Positions 8,265-18,290 of a DNA stretch of 64,000 nucleotides are shown one piece after another. Source of the stretch: Verrucomicrobiota bacterium (GTDB lineage: Bacteria; Verrucomicrobiota; Verrucomicrobiia; Limisphaerales; AAA164-E04). Positions within the stretch are counted from its first letter, which is position 1. Every line of letters starts with the position of its first letter. Location of the stretch: the NCBI GenBank assembly GCA_047947115.1, contig CP170459.1:5056001-5120000 (forward strand). Direction: 5' to 3'. A program made the position numbers and the translations under genes. The notes beneath the pieces were generated by a model. It worked only from the letters and a program-made list of their open reading frames with translations, did not search any database and was not told the origin of the DNA.

Positions 8265-10247
8265 ATGAAAAGACAACACACATTTCCTGTTGCCATGACA
8301 ACGGTTGCGCTCAGTGCGCTCATGGCAATCCCTGCCACCCAGTCACAGAACCTGAGAGATGGGCTGGAAGTTTACTGGAGTTTCGACGAAGGTTCCGGCA
8401 ACATGGCCAACGACACTTCCGGCAATGATCGCGAAGCCGTTCCCGAAGAAAATCTTTTTCCAGGAGCCATGATCGATTGGTCAGGGGGCAAATTCGGCGG
8501 TTCCGTCAAGTTTGATAGCTCCTATATGTTGCACTCTCCTTTCGAGTATTATGGTATCGGCGATGCCAATCCCCGAACCATTTCCATGTGGGTTAAAACA
8601 GATTGGCAGGCCGCCAATTCAAGCTCTGTGGGGGCCATCATGGGATGGGGTGTTCATGCTGGACGTCAACGCTGGCACTTCAAATTCAATGGCGGCACCG
8701 ATGCGGATGGAAATGTCCAACAATTCCTCCGTACGGAGAACCAGGGTGGCAATAATTTCGGCAACACGATCCCCGTAAACGACGGCGAATGGCATCACTT
8801 TATTTCCGTATTCGATCCCGACGTGGACGCCAACGAAGACGGTATCCTTGCTGCGGTTGGCGATGTGGATCACTACGTTGATGGGGTGCTTGAAAATAAA
8901 AACGGGGGTGTCGGCAACCCGGTCGAAACATTGATTGACCCCGAACAAGGCGCGGTACCCGTCACCATTGGTGGTGGTTACTTTCCGGATATCAACGGAG
9001 CTCGCCTGATGGAAGGTCGTGTGGACGAGGTACGCATCTATAGTCGCGCTTTGAGTGTCGAAGAGATCCAGGCTCTGGCCGCCGGTCGGGACGTGGATGG
9101 ACCACCTTCTGTAGAAATCACCAACAACATTGAAGGGGCCGAACTGGTCTCAGAAGACACTCCCATCGAATTCACCATCACCCCACAAGGCGACGCGACG
9201 GTGGCCAAATCCGACATAACGCTCGAACTCAACGGAAGGAGCATCATTGGCAGCACCACCATCGATGGTTCTGTGACAGGCTGGACCGGTAGTTTTACCG
9301 GCCTGGAAAAGAACAAAGTTTACAACGGCAAAATCGGCGCAACCGACAGTAAAGGCCGCAGCTATTCGTTTGAATTCTCTTTCGACACCATCTCGTTGGA
9401 CAATTACTCCATTGAGGCAGAGGACTTCAACTTCGACGGTGGCGAATTCTTTGCCAATCCAGTTCCCTGCGACACCCCGGGCGGTTCCACAGCCAATTGC
9501 TATTTCGATCGCGTCAGTGAAATCGGCGTGGACGCAAACGACGATTTTGCCGACGATCGCCCCACTGATGAAGATGCCGATTTTCAGGCCTTTCTGGACA
9601 ATGGATTCCGCTTCGGCCCAGGTTCCTTCAAGGATGAACTGGTTGACACCTGGGTATCCGGTGACGCACTGCGGGGCAAGTTCACCGACGCAGGCGACAA
9701 CGTCAGGGATTACGATGTGGAACGCGTCAACACGGATGAATGGTACAACTACACCCGCAACATCCCTCAAGGCACTTATCAGGTCCTGCTGAGAGCACGC
9801 GGTCGTGGCGATCAAACCATCGGCTTGGGATCGGTCAACAACCCCACCAGCGCCAACCAAACAGCAACCGCCATCGGGCAGTTCAACGTCACCGGCACCG
9901 GCGGTGCTTACAAATTCTTCCCATTGAAAGATGAAAGCGGACGTGACCTGATCATGGAATACGGCGGCGAACAGACCCTTCGCCTGACGGCCATCAACGC
10001 CGACGGCAATGTGGACTTGAACTACATCATGTTTGTTCCGGCAACCATTTCCGAGGAACCAGTGGAAGTGGAACTAATGATCGCCGCGAACGGCACTCAG
10101 GTTACCTTGAGTTGGGATGGTGACGGCGGTGTCCTGCAGCAGAGCGCCACTGTGAATGGGCCCTGGTCCAATGTGGACACCACAGGAAGTTCCCACACCG
10201 TCACAGCCGATCAAAGCGAAGCCTATTTCAGGGTGGTAGCGCCTTGA
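8265..10247 (+). CDS. Secreted LamG-like jelly-roll / CBM-like protein with a C-terminal beta-rich module
   Basis: Sec signal peptide. LamG motifs GLEVYWSFDEGSG, RTISMWVK, NDGEWHHF, GRVDEVRIYSRALS. CBM6/35-like IEAEDF...EWYNYT...VDLNYIMF. Terminal ...QQSATVNGPWSNV...AYFRVVAP. Confidence 0.85.
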   Translation: MKRQHTFPVAMTTVALSALMAIPATQSQNLRDGLEVYWSFDEGSGNMANDTSGNDREAVPEENLFPGAMIDWSGGKFGGSVKFDSSYMLHSPFEYYGIGDANPRTISMWVKTDWQAANSSSVGAIMGWGVHAGRQRWHFKFNGGTDADGNVQQFLRTENQGGNNFGNTIPVNDGEWHHFISVFDPDVDANEDGILAAVGDVDHYVDGVLENKNGGVGNPVETLIDPEQGAVPVTIGGGYFPDINGARLMEGRVDEVRIYSRALSVEEIQALAAGRDVDGPPSVEITNNIEGAELVSEDTPIEFTITPQGDATVAKSDITLELNGRSIIGSTTIDGSVTGWTGSFTGLEKNKVYNGKIGATDSKGRSYSFEFSFDTISLDNYSIEAEDFNFDGGEFFANPVPCDTPGGSTANCYFDRVSEIGVDANDDFADDRPTDEDADFQAFLDNGFRFGPGSFKDELVDTWVSGDALRGKFTDAGDNVRDYDVERVNTDEWYNYTRNIPQGTYQVLLRARGRGDQTIGLGSVNNPTSANQTATAIGQFNVTGTGGAYKFFPLKDESGRDLIMEYGGEQTLRLTAINADGNVDLNYIMFVPATISEEPVEVELMIAANGTQVTLSWDGDGGVLQQSATVNGPWSNVDTTGSSHTVTADQSEAYFRVVAP

Positions 10248-10281
10248 CGAACCGGTTCATGGATCGCATGTTGGGAGCAAC

Positions 10282-11316
10282 ATGGACCCCGAAACGATTC
10301 GTGAACTGGCGACACCTTTATTGAATGCACTCGGCATCGGAGATGATCCACTGATCTCTCCGATGCCGGGCAGCTCATTGAAACGCACCTTCAAACTCCA
10401 TCACGAGGGGTTGGACTACGCCCTCAAATGGTATCCCATCACCCCCCCCCACCTTGCGGACCCCTTTGATACCGAACGGCATTTTTATCAATATCTCAAA
10501 GAAGCTGAAGTCCATGAAAATCCGTTTGCCTTGAGCTGGGAGATTTCCCATCGAATCGGAGTATTCAGCCTCCTCCATGGAAGAGCCATTCGATCAGATG
10601 AAGTCAACCTGCCGCGAACCCTTACCGCGGGGACCTTTCTGGCGGCCATCAACGAACATCGCCATCTCCCCGAAGCTGGCAGCTTACCCGGCACACCTCC
10701 GAGGGAACAATCCATGACAAACCTGCTGGATGCCATCAACGGTTTCATGCTGCAAGGGGTCCCCGAAGAACTCAGAGACGTGCAACCGCTGGTTTCGTTT
10801 TGGGAAGATGAACTGGTGCCCGGATGGCAAGGGATCATCGGACATTTTCTTTCGACTTGTGAAACCAGCGGCATTGATCCATCTCATGAATTGGAAGATC
10901 AACACGCCATCCTGTCACCGGGCGAATTCACCTTCCACAACACCATTATCACACCAGAGCACAAGGTTTGTTTTTGCGATTTCGACCAGGCTCGTTGGGG
11001 AGATCCCGCATGCGTCATAGCCCGCTTTTTCACTCAACCAGATTTCAATGTCAAAATGGAATATCTGGACCCGTTTCTGGATGAAATGGACGGCATCCCA
11101 GGAAGAGACCCCGTCCTGGGTGTCCGACTGCGCCTGTTGATGCCCATCATTCGCATTGAGCGCTCGCTCACGGCCCTGTTTCCTCATCTGGATTGGGACC
11201 TGCGCCAACTGGGAGCGGACACCGGCAAGGAAGGAAAAGTCATGCTCATCCAGAACCTTTGGCAAGCACGACAACAATTGAAAGCGGGATTGCACCTAAT
11301 CTCCGACTCACAATAA
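10282..11316 (+). CDS. Aminoglycoside/choline kinase-like (APH) phosphotransferase fold protein
   Basis: YALKWY (VAIK equivalent), FDTE, Brenner-like ILSPGEFTFHN and FCDFDQARWGDP. Confidence 0.7.
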   Translation: MDPETIRELATPLLNALGIGDDPLISPMPGSSLKRTFKLHHEGLDYALKWYPITPPHLADPFDTERHFYQYLKEAEVHENPFALSWEISHRIGVFSLLHGRAIRSDEVNLPRTLTAGTFLAAINEHRHLPEAGSLPGTPPREQSMTNLLDAINGFMLQGVPEELRDVQPLVSFWEDELVPGWQGIIGHFLSTCETSGIDPSHELEDQHAILSPGEFTFHNTIITPEHKVCFCDFDQARWGDPACVIARFFTQPDFNVKMEYLDPFLDEMDGIPGRDPVLGVRLRLLMPIIRIERSLTALFPHLDWDLRQLGADTGKEGKVMLIQNLWQARQQLKAGLHLISDSQ

Positions 11317-11342
11317 AGGGGGCACCCTTTCGGATGCCCTCT
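11313..11342 (-). terminator. Intrinsic terminator hairpin between convergent genes
   Basis: Minus strand reads agagggcatcc-GAAA-gggtgccccct-ttatt: a GC-rich stem with one mismatch, a GNRA loop and a short T-rich tail. Confidence 0.55.
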
Positions 11343-11530
11343 CATTGATGTCTCATGAAGTCTGATAGATTGTTCCAGATCTATTTGATTTTCATGGATT
11401 CGACACCAAAGTAATAACCAGATAGACTCCGATGCAGCCAGCGTGGTTACACCGGAAGTTGGCACCGAACAATCATCTGACGAGTGGTCTGTGATATTAT
11501 TCAATCCCATCCTGATAAAACAGGAGGAGC

Positions 11531-12022
11531 CTACTCCTCCTGCCCGTCAGTTGAGGCATCGAGATCAATGAATCTTACGACAGGATTTTTTCCCTGGCAT
11601 TCAAGGATGGCAACAGATCGTCTAACCCCTGGTTTGGGGCGACCGGCGTATCCGGGATTCACATAAATCGTGCTGCCCAGGGTTTCCAGATGGGCCCGGT
11701 GCGTATGACCGAACACGACCATGTCCGGCCGGGTACGCTCAATCCGTTCCCGAATCATCATGTCCGGCGTTGGCAGGTTGACGATATGATGCACAAGAAT
11801 TTTAAAACCAGCCAGTTCCACCGTCTCGGTTTCTCGCACCGGAACATCGTAGTCCGTGTTTCCGAGCACGGCGGTAACCGGGGCGATACGTTCCAGATCC
11901 AGCAATAACCAGGGAAAACCGATATCCCCGCCGTGCAGGATGTGATCCACACCTTTGAAACAGCGCCGGATACGGGGATCCAGAAATCCGTGGGTATCTG
12001 AAATGAGGCCGATTTTGAACAT
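11531..12022 (-). CDS. YfcE/MJ0936-family metallophosphoesterase
   Basis: Calcineurin-like motifs ISDTHG, HGGDIG, VLGNTD, FGHTH, NPG. Start trimmed to MFKIG. Confidence 0.9.
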   Translation of the reverse strand: MFKIGLISDTHGFLDPRIRRCFKGVDHILHGGDIGFPWLLLDLERIAPVTAVLGNTDYDVPVRETETVELAGFKILVHHIVNLPTPDMMIRERIERTRPDMVVFGHTHRAHLETLGSTIYVNPGYAGRPKPGVRRSVAILECQGKNPVVRFIDLDASTDGQEE

Positions 12023-12101
12023 TTGCTGGTAATCCTGAGCAATCAGTGGCTGGGGTGTGAGAATTCCGTCAGTTTCAGTATCTGAATAAAACGTGTACTG
12101 A

Positions 12102-12722
12102 TCAGGCGGGGACTTTTTCAGGTTCGGTTTCCTGCGGCTCGGATTCGGTTTCCGGTTCGGCTTCTTCGACCTCCTCGGCGGCTTCGATCCATTTGGCAGC
12201 ACCAACAAACATTCCGGTATAAAGACCACCGCTCAAAAGCGTGTTGCGCAGAAACATCCAGGTCGGAGGAAACCCTCCGGTGCCATTGGTTAATGCCAGC
12301 AGCCAACCGGTCAGGTCGCGTGTATATTCCTTGTTGTCGAAGGGGTTCAACAACCAGGCGATGGTGTTGGTGAGCAGATAAAAGAAACACGCCCCGACAA
12401 TTCCCCCGCCAACCAGTTTGGCCCAATGGTCTTTTTTGCTCATCCATTGCCCCATACCTATCAGACAGGCATAACCCAGATAATTACTCAACTGATACCA
12501 CTGCGGCCAATATCCATAGTAGGCATTAAGTGCTAGATCCGTAACGGCCAGCGTGCCAAGGGGCAATAGCCAGGCCATGCGGGGAGTAAAGTACAGACCG
12601 GCACAGAACGCCAGCGCATAAGCAGCACTGAAGTTAACCGGCATCACCCCCGGCCAACGCGTGCCAGCAAACACCACCAGCATCAGGATCATCAATCCGA
12701 TATGATTCTTTTTATTCGCCAC
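12102..12722 (-). CDS. Integral membrane protein, DUF6580-like / ECF S-component-like putative transporter
   Basis: About six hydrophobic segments with PVNFSAAYALAFCAGLY, FFYLLTNTIAW, YTRDLTGW and FLRNTLLS patterns. Acidic tail. Confidence 0.6.
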   Translation of the reverse strand: MANKKNHIGLMILMLVVFAGTRWPGVMPVNFSAAYALAFCAGLYFTPRMAWLLPLGTLAVTDLALNAYYGYWPQWYQLSNYLGYACLIGMGQWMSKKDHWAKLVGGGIVGACFFYLLTNTIAWLLNPFDNKEYTRDLTGWLLALTNGTGGFPPTWMFLRNTLLSGGLYTGMFVGAAKWIEAAEEVEEAEPETESEPQETEPEKVPA

Positions 12723-12845
12723 GAACCCTCATGTTAAGGTTTTAGGCCTCGATGACAAGAAGGGATCGGTGAATCAGGTGGAGTTTGTCATAAGAAACAT
12801 GCCTTTGACCTGATTCCACGACTTGACGAAACCCCATCGAAAGGA

Positions 12846-15800
12846 GTGAATGGGGCGTCCGTGAGCACATCGCACCAAAACTTCAGTTCAAGTTGCCACC
12901 CACTTTGCAACGAGTGGAGGAATTCTGCCTGGTGGGATGATATGATCCGCCACCCCGGCAAGCGTCCCTTTCTGCGCTGGACTCCCGCCCCCATCGCAAG
13001 CTGGCCGTTTTTGATGGCCGGTTTTCGAACTACTTTCCCGGATCGCCCTCTGGTTCTGGTGACTTCCGGATTAAAGTTGCAGGAATCCCTGCATCAGGAT
13101 CTGGCGACCTGGATGGACTGGTTCTCGGCAGGGACACAGTCAAATACCACCTCACGCCCATTTTTCTATCCGGCCTGGGAACATCTTCCGCATGAAGCCA
13201 AACTCCCCCATGCTGACGTGATCAGCGAGCGTCTGGAAACTCTGACCGCCCTGCTCAGGTGGCAGGCTGATCCGCTTGATTCCCCCGCTCCGGTCATCGT
13301 CACAACAATCCAGGCGCTGATGCAGCGGACCTTTGAACCGGACGCACTACAGGACTGCCTAAGAACCCTGCGCGTGGGGGACATTCTGGACCCGCTTGAT
13401 CTGGTGGAATGGCTCGAGGAGCAGGCCTATGAACCTGAAGCGAAGGTCACCCAGAAGGGAGAGATTGCTTTGCGCGGAGGCATTCTGGATGTCTTCCCAT
13501 TGAACAGTCCTTGGCCTGTTCGATTGGAATTCTTTGGAGACGAATTGGAATCCATTCGCTATTTTCATCCCGAAACACAACTCACTCGTGATCGCATCAA
13601 CCAGGTCGAATTGCCTCCCGGTGGCGAATTGGGAATCATCAAACGGCAAGTGGAATCAAAATCATGTGATTCGGAACAGGCCTTCTTCAATTTACTGGAT
13701 TACCTGCCAAAGTCGTCCTGTATTTTCGACGCGGAACCCGTCGCTCTTCAGGAAGCCGCCGAACACTATCAAAATCAAATCCCGGAGGATGACCCGTTTT
13801 TTCTGGACTGGTATGGATTGCAATCCCGCCTGAACCAGTCCGGTTGGATGCGCATCGAGCTGAAGGAAGCCGATGCCGAATGGAGTGATACGACGGATGT
13901 CCCCTCTCCCACCCATGACGATCAGGGAATTGAATTGAATCCGGACCTGGAATCAATGGAAGTGTACCGCCCACTGGGCGACCATCGCCCGGAAGCTCAT
14001 ATCGTGGAAAAGCAGCGGATGGATTTCCTGGAGCAGATGCATCGTTGGCTGCGCAAGGGACATACCGTGTTGGTGGTCTGCAACAATGAAGGAGAGAGTC
14101 AACGGTTCCAGGAAATCTGGGAAGAAACCGGATTTAAGGACAAATCAGTTGAGAGCGGAAACCTGAGCCTGCTGACCGGAAGTCTCGGGAGGGGGTTTGT
14201 GGCGGATCAATTGGGATGCGTGGTGGTGACTGATGCCGAAATCTTTGGTCGTTACAAAGTGCAGCGACCGCGCAGATTGAAATCACCCCATGCGGCAGCG
14301 GCGAAGTCCATCCTTCAGATCGATTTCGCAGACCTGGAAGACGGGGATTACGTGGTCCACCTTCAGCATGGCATCGGGCGTTACATTGGACTTCAACGTC
14401 TCCCTCCCGTTGGATCGACCGCCACCCCAGGCAACGATGAAAACGGGCCCGAGTTCCTGGTCATTGAATATGCGGCCAAGAACATCGGCGACGAACCACC
14501 CAAACTCTACGTCCCGGTCAGCGAGGCTCATCTGGTCAGCAAATACATCGGAGCCGGGAAAGGACGCCCCCAACTACACACCCTGGGAGGCAAGCGCTGG
14601 CATAGTGCCAAAGCACAAGCGGAGAAAGCGGTTCGGGACCTGGCCGGCGAGCTGCTGCAGATACAGGCAGCCCGCGCATCCGAAGAAGGTCATTCTTTCC
14701 AACGAGACTCCACCTGGCAACGAGAATTCGAAAGCTCGTTCCTTTATGAAGAGACAGAAGATCAAATCAGTGCGATCAACGCCACCAAAGCGGACATGGA
14801 ACGCGCCAAACCAATGGACCGCCTGATCTGTGGTGATGTGGGCTTCGGGAAAACAGAGATTGCCATTCGAGCCGCCTTCAAAGCGGTGATGGACGGCAGG
14901 CAGGTCGCCATCCTGGTTCCCACCACCGTGTTGGCACAACAACATTACAACACCCTTGCCGAACGCATGGCGGATTACCCTGTGCGCGTGGAATTGTTGT
15001 CAAGATTTCAAAAACCAAAGCAGACACGCAAAGTCATTCAGGACCTGGCCACCGGTTCGGTCGACATTGTGGTCGGCACACACAAACTCATTCAAAAAGA
15101 CGTCACCTTCAAAGATCTTGGACTGGTTGTCATTGATGAAGAACAACGGTTTGGTGTGGCGCAGAAAGAAAAGTTCAAACTCATGCGCAAACTGGTCGAT
15201 GTTCTCACGCTCAGTGCCACACCGATTCCCCGCACCCTGCATCTCGCCTTGATGGGTGCCAGAGACATGAGCACGATCGAAACACCGCCGCAGGATCGCC
15301 TGCCGGTGGAAACCATCGTAATCCCCTTTGACGAGGAAGCGATCAGAAACGCATTGCGCCGGGAACTCAATCGTCAGGGCCAGATTTATTTCCTGCACAA
15401 CCGGGTGGGCACCATCAACACCATGGCCCAACGCATCCAGAAGCTCGTTCCCGATGCTCGCATCGTCGTTGGACACGGCCAAATGGAAGCAAGGGAACTC
15501 GAATCCGTCATGCGCACTTTCATCAATGGAGAGGCGGACATTCTGGTCTCCACAACGATCATTGAAAGCGGCATCGACATCCCCAACGCCAACACCATCA
15601 TCATCGACCGGGCCGATCGATTTGGTCTGAGCGAATTGTATCAGTTACGCGGAAGAGTCGGACGTTACAAACACCAGGCCTACGCTTATCTGCTTCTTCC
15701 CCGTCATGCCGGCGTATTGACCGATGCCAGGAAGCGCCTCAGCGCCATGAAGCAGTATTCCAAGCTGGGAAGCGGATTCAAAATCGCCATGCGCGATCTG

Positions 15801-16481
15801 GAAATTCGGGGAGCCGGCAATTTGCTGGGATCCCAGCAAAGCGGCCACATCACGGCCATTGGGTTCGATCTGTATTGTCAACTGCTGAAACAAAGCATCA
15901 GTTCCCTGCGCGGGGAAAAAATTCCGCCACGTGTTGAGGTCAAAATCGACTTTGACTTTCTGATGATGAATCCTGGAGAAACGGACACCTCCCAACAATC
16001 CACCGAACCAAAACCGGGCCGACGCAAAAAGCAATCCGATTTCGAAATTTCAGTACCTCGAGAAACTGCAGTGTACATTGAGACTCACGGAGACGATGAT
16101 CTGGAAGCCCCCACGGCCAGGACGGCTCCCAAAGAACCCTGTTACTTGCCTTTGAATTACGTCACCGAACCGCAGCAACGTATCGAGTTCTATCGCAAAT
16201 TTGCCGAAGTCAACAACACGGAATCGCTGCAATCCATCAAAAACGAGCTCCGAGATCGTTTTGGTCCGCTGCCCGATCCAGTGGAACGACTGATACTGGT
16301 CAGTGATCTGAAGTGGAAGGCCTTTCTCAAGAACATTTCCGAAATAGCCACCCAGCAGGACAAACTCAAAATCATGCGCAACGGTCAATGGGTCATGATG
16401 AACGGCAAATTCCCTCGCCTGACTCGCAAAACAGCCACAGCCAGATTGAATGAAATCCACAAAATGGTGCAGGCTTTTTGA
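12846..16481 (+). CDS. mfd: Transcription-repair coupling factor
   Basis: UvrB-like RGGILDVFP, CarD/RID GDYVVHLQHGIGRY, MDRLICGDVGFGKTE, DEEQRFGV, SATPIPRT, QLRGRVGR, DLEIRGAGNLLG, and TRCF ELRDRFGPLP. Confidence 0.98.
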   Translation: MNGASVSTSHQNFSSSCHPLCNEWRNSAWWDDMIRHPGKRPFLRWTPAPIASWPFLMAGFRTTFPDRPLVLVTSGLKLQESLHQDLATWMDWFSAGTQSNTTSRPFFYPAWEHLPHEAKLPHADVISERLETLTALLRWQADPLDSPAPVIVTTIQALMQRTFEPDALQDCLRTLRVGDILDPLDLVEWLEEQAYEPEAKVTQKGEIALRGGILDVFPLNSPWPVRLEFFGDELESIRYFHPETQLTRDRINQVELPPGGELGIIKRQVESKSCDSEQAFFNLLDYLPKSSCIFDAEPVALQEAAEHYQNQIPEDDPFFLDWYGLQSRLNQSGWMRIELKEADAEWSDTTDVPSPTHDDQGIELNPDLESMEVYRPLGDHRPEAHIVEKQRMDFLEQMHRWLRKGHTVLVVCNNEGESQRFQEIWEETGFKDKSVESGNLSLLTGSLGRGFVADQLGCVVVTDAEIFGRYKVQRPRRLKSPHAAAAKSILQIDFADLEDGDYVVHLQHGIGRYIGLQRLPPVGSTATPGNDENGPEFLVIEYAAKNIGDEPPKLYVPVSEAHLVSKYIGAGKGRPQLHTLGGKRWHSAKAQAEKAVRDLAGELLQIQAARASEEGHSFQRDSTWQREFESSFLYEETEDQISAINATKADMERAKPMDRLICGDVGFGKTEIAIRAAFKAVMDGRQVAILVPTTVLAQQHYNTLAERMADYPVRVELLSRFQKPKQTRKVIQDLATGSVDIVVGTHKLIQKDVTFKDLGLVVIDEEQRFGVAQKEKFKLMRKLVDVLTLSATPIPRTLHLALMGARDMSTIETPPQDRLPVETIVIPFDEEAIRNALRRELNRQGQIYFLHNRVGTINTMAQRIQKLVPDARIVVGHGQMEARELESVMRTFINGEADILVSTTIIESGIDIPNANTIIIDRADRFGLSELYQLRGRVGRYKHQAYAYLLLPRHAGVLTDARKRLSAMKQYSKLGSGFKIAMRDLEIRGAGNLLGSQQSGHITAIGFDLYCQLLKQSISSLRGEKIPPRVEVKIDFDFLMMNPGETDTSQQSTEPKPGRRKKQSDFEISVPRETAVYIETHGDDDLEAPTARTAPKEPCYLPLNYVTEPQQRIEFYRKFAEVNNTESLQSIKNELRDRFGPLPDPVERLILVSDLKWKAFLKNISEIATQQDKLKIMRNGQWVMMNGKFPRLTRKTATARLNEIHKMVQAF

Positions 16482-16550
16482 ACGTCCACACCGATGGCCG
16501 GAGGGCTGATGCAAACGAATTCGCCTATTCGATTTGGAAGGTGGTCCCCG

Positions 16551-18290
16551 TCATGAATCTCCACGAATGCGCCAGGTGACCCTGCGGAGTTCTTCCAAAC
16601 AGATCCAACCTTCATGAATCTTTAAGAAGGCATTCTCACGCAAGGAACGCCAGCCAAATCTGCGGGCTTCTTCTTTAAGCCGCGTCACGGTCATCCCCTG
16701 GGCGATGGCTTCAGCCAGCTCGTCGTTCATCAAAAAGAATTCATAGATAGCGACACGCCCCCGATAACCTAATTGGGCACACTCATCGCATCCCTCACCT
16801 TTCCAGGCACGCACCTCAGCTGGATCAATGGCAAGGATCTCTGCCATTTCCATACGCAATTCATCATTGATGGCCTCATCCTGAACTCTGCAGTTCGGGC
16901 AAATCCTCCGAGCCAGCCGCTGCGCAACCGAAGCCACCAAGGAAGAACCGATCAAGTGCGGATCCATGTTCATCCCCAACAATCGAGACAACACACCAAT
17001 GCTGTCGTTGGCATGCAATGTCGACAAAACCAAGTGTCCTGTCTGGGCCGCGCGTACGGCAATTTCAGCGGTGTCCTGGTCTCGAATTTCACCGACGAGA
17101 ACAACATCTGGATCATGCCGTAACACCGACCGCAAGCCACTGGCAAAAGTCAGGCCGATATCATCACGCGTTTGGATCTGGGAAATGCCTTCCATCTGGT
17201 ATTCCACTGGATCTTCAATAGTAATGATTTTTCGTCCATCGTCATTGGCCTGGGCCAGGGCTGCGTAAAGGCTGGTGGTTTTACCTGAACCGGTTGGTCC
17301 AGTGATGAGGATGAGGCCCTGCGGCAATTGCACCATTTTGGAAAACAGCTTTTCCTGCGCAGGGTCCATTCCAAGCTGTCCCAGATCCATGAAAAGACTC
17401 TCACGCCCCAGAATGCGCAGACAGATGGTCTCACCGTGTTTGGTCGGGATGACAGACACACGCAAATCGAATTTTTCTCCCTGCGTACTCATGGTGATTC
17501 TCCCGTCATGTGGCAGTCTCTTTTCGGCGATATTAAGATCCGCCATCACTTTGAGACGGGAAACAATCGCGCCATAAAGCTGTTTCAACTGCTCCGGAAC
17601 GGGGACTTTATGAAGGATTCCGTCAATACGATACCGCAATCGAATGGCATCTCGATAGGGTTCGATGTGGATGTCGGTGGCACGCAGCTTCAAGGCTTCA
17701 TCCAGGATCTGGTCGACCAGCTTGGAAATAGCCCCGTCCTTTGGTTTGAGATCCCCCGTCGCTCCTACGTCATAAATGATCTCCTGATCAAGATCGGGGA
17801 TCTGACTTTCGGATCGCAAATGTTCGACGGTATCCGCACCCAAACCAAAGCAACGTTTGATTTCGGACTGCAAGCGACTCGGTATGGCAAGCACCACCTG
17901 GATGCGTTTTCCAAGAATCAATCGCAGATTCCCGAGTTCAATGGAACTGGGAATATCACTGAAAGCCAGGGTGATCTGGTCATCAGCTACTCGAACAGGG
18001 AGTAATTGGTAATGAAACACCAGCTTGACAGGGACGGATTTCAGCAGTTTGTCGCCGGGCTGGTAGTTCTCCAAATCGAGGTATTCAAGGTGCTCCGATT
18101 CAGCAAGCGCACGAATGGTATCCTCTTCTCCGGCCAACCCCAATTCCAGCACAGCCCTGGCGCAGCTTACCTTTCTGCGCAACTGAAAACTGCGTATTTT
18201 TTTGAGCCCTTCTTCGGTCAAGAGGCCGCGTGCCAGGAGCATGTCCGCCGCATCGGCATGACGATTGTCTATGGAATGGTTGTTCGTCAT
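16551..18290 (-). CDS. GspE/PilB-family secretion/pilus assembly ATPase
   Basis: N-terminal T2SSE_N-like domain, ATDIHIEP, Walker A GPTGSGKTT, TIEDPVEY, Walker B DPDVVLVGEIRD, His-box TGHLVLSTLH, tetra-Cys CPNC...CDEC. Confidence 0.95.
   Translation of the reverse strand: MTNNHSIDNRHADAADMLLARGLLTEEGLKKIRSFQLRRKVSCARAVLELGLAGEEDTIRALAESEHLEYLDLENYQPGDKLLKSVPVKLVFHYQLLPVRVADDQITLAFSDIPSSIELGNLRLILGKRIQVVLAIPSRLQSEIKRCFGLGADTVEHLRSESQIPDLDQEIIYDVGATGDLKPKDGAISKLVDQILDEALKLRATDIHIEPYRDAIRLRYRIDGILHKVPVPEQLKQLYGAIVSRLKVMADLNIAEKRLPHDGRITMSTQGEKFDLRVSVIPTKHGETICLRILGRESLFMDLGQLGMDPAQEKLFSKMVQLPQGLILITGPTGSGKTTSLYAALAQANDDGRKIITIEDPVEYQMEGISQIQTRDDIGLTFASGLRSVLRHDPDVVLVGEIRDQDTAEIAVRAAQTGHLVLSTLHANDSIGVLSRLLGMNMDPHLIGSSLVASVAQRLARRICPNCRVQDEAINDELRMEMAEILAIDPAEVRAWKGEGCDECAQLGYRGRVAIYEFFLMNDELAEAIAQGMTVTRLKEEARRFGWRSLRENAFLKIHEGWICLEELRRVTWRIRGDS

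Noticed and set aside
12723..12860. Possible cobalamin or other riboswitch upstream of the DUF6580-like transporter (inverted repeats gaatcaggt/acctgattc and ccccat/atgggg)
   Set aside because: No B12-box or other riboswitch consensus is recognisable on the minus strand. The short region is shared with the divergent mfd promoter.
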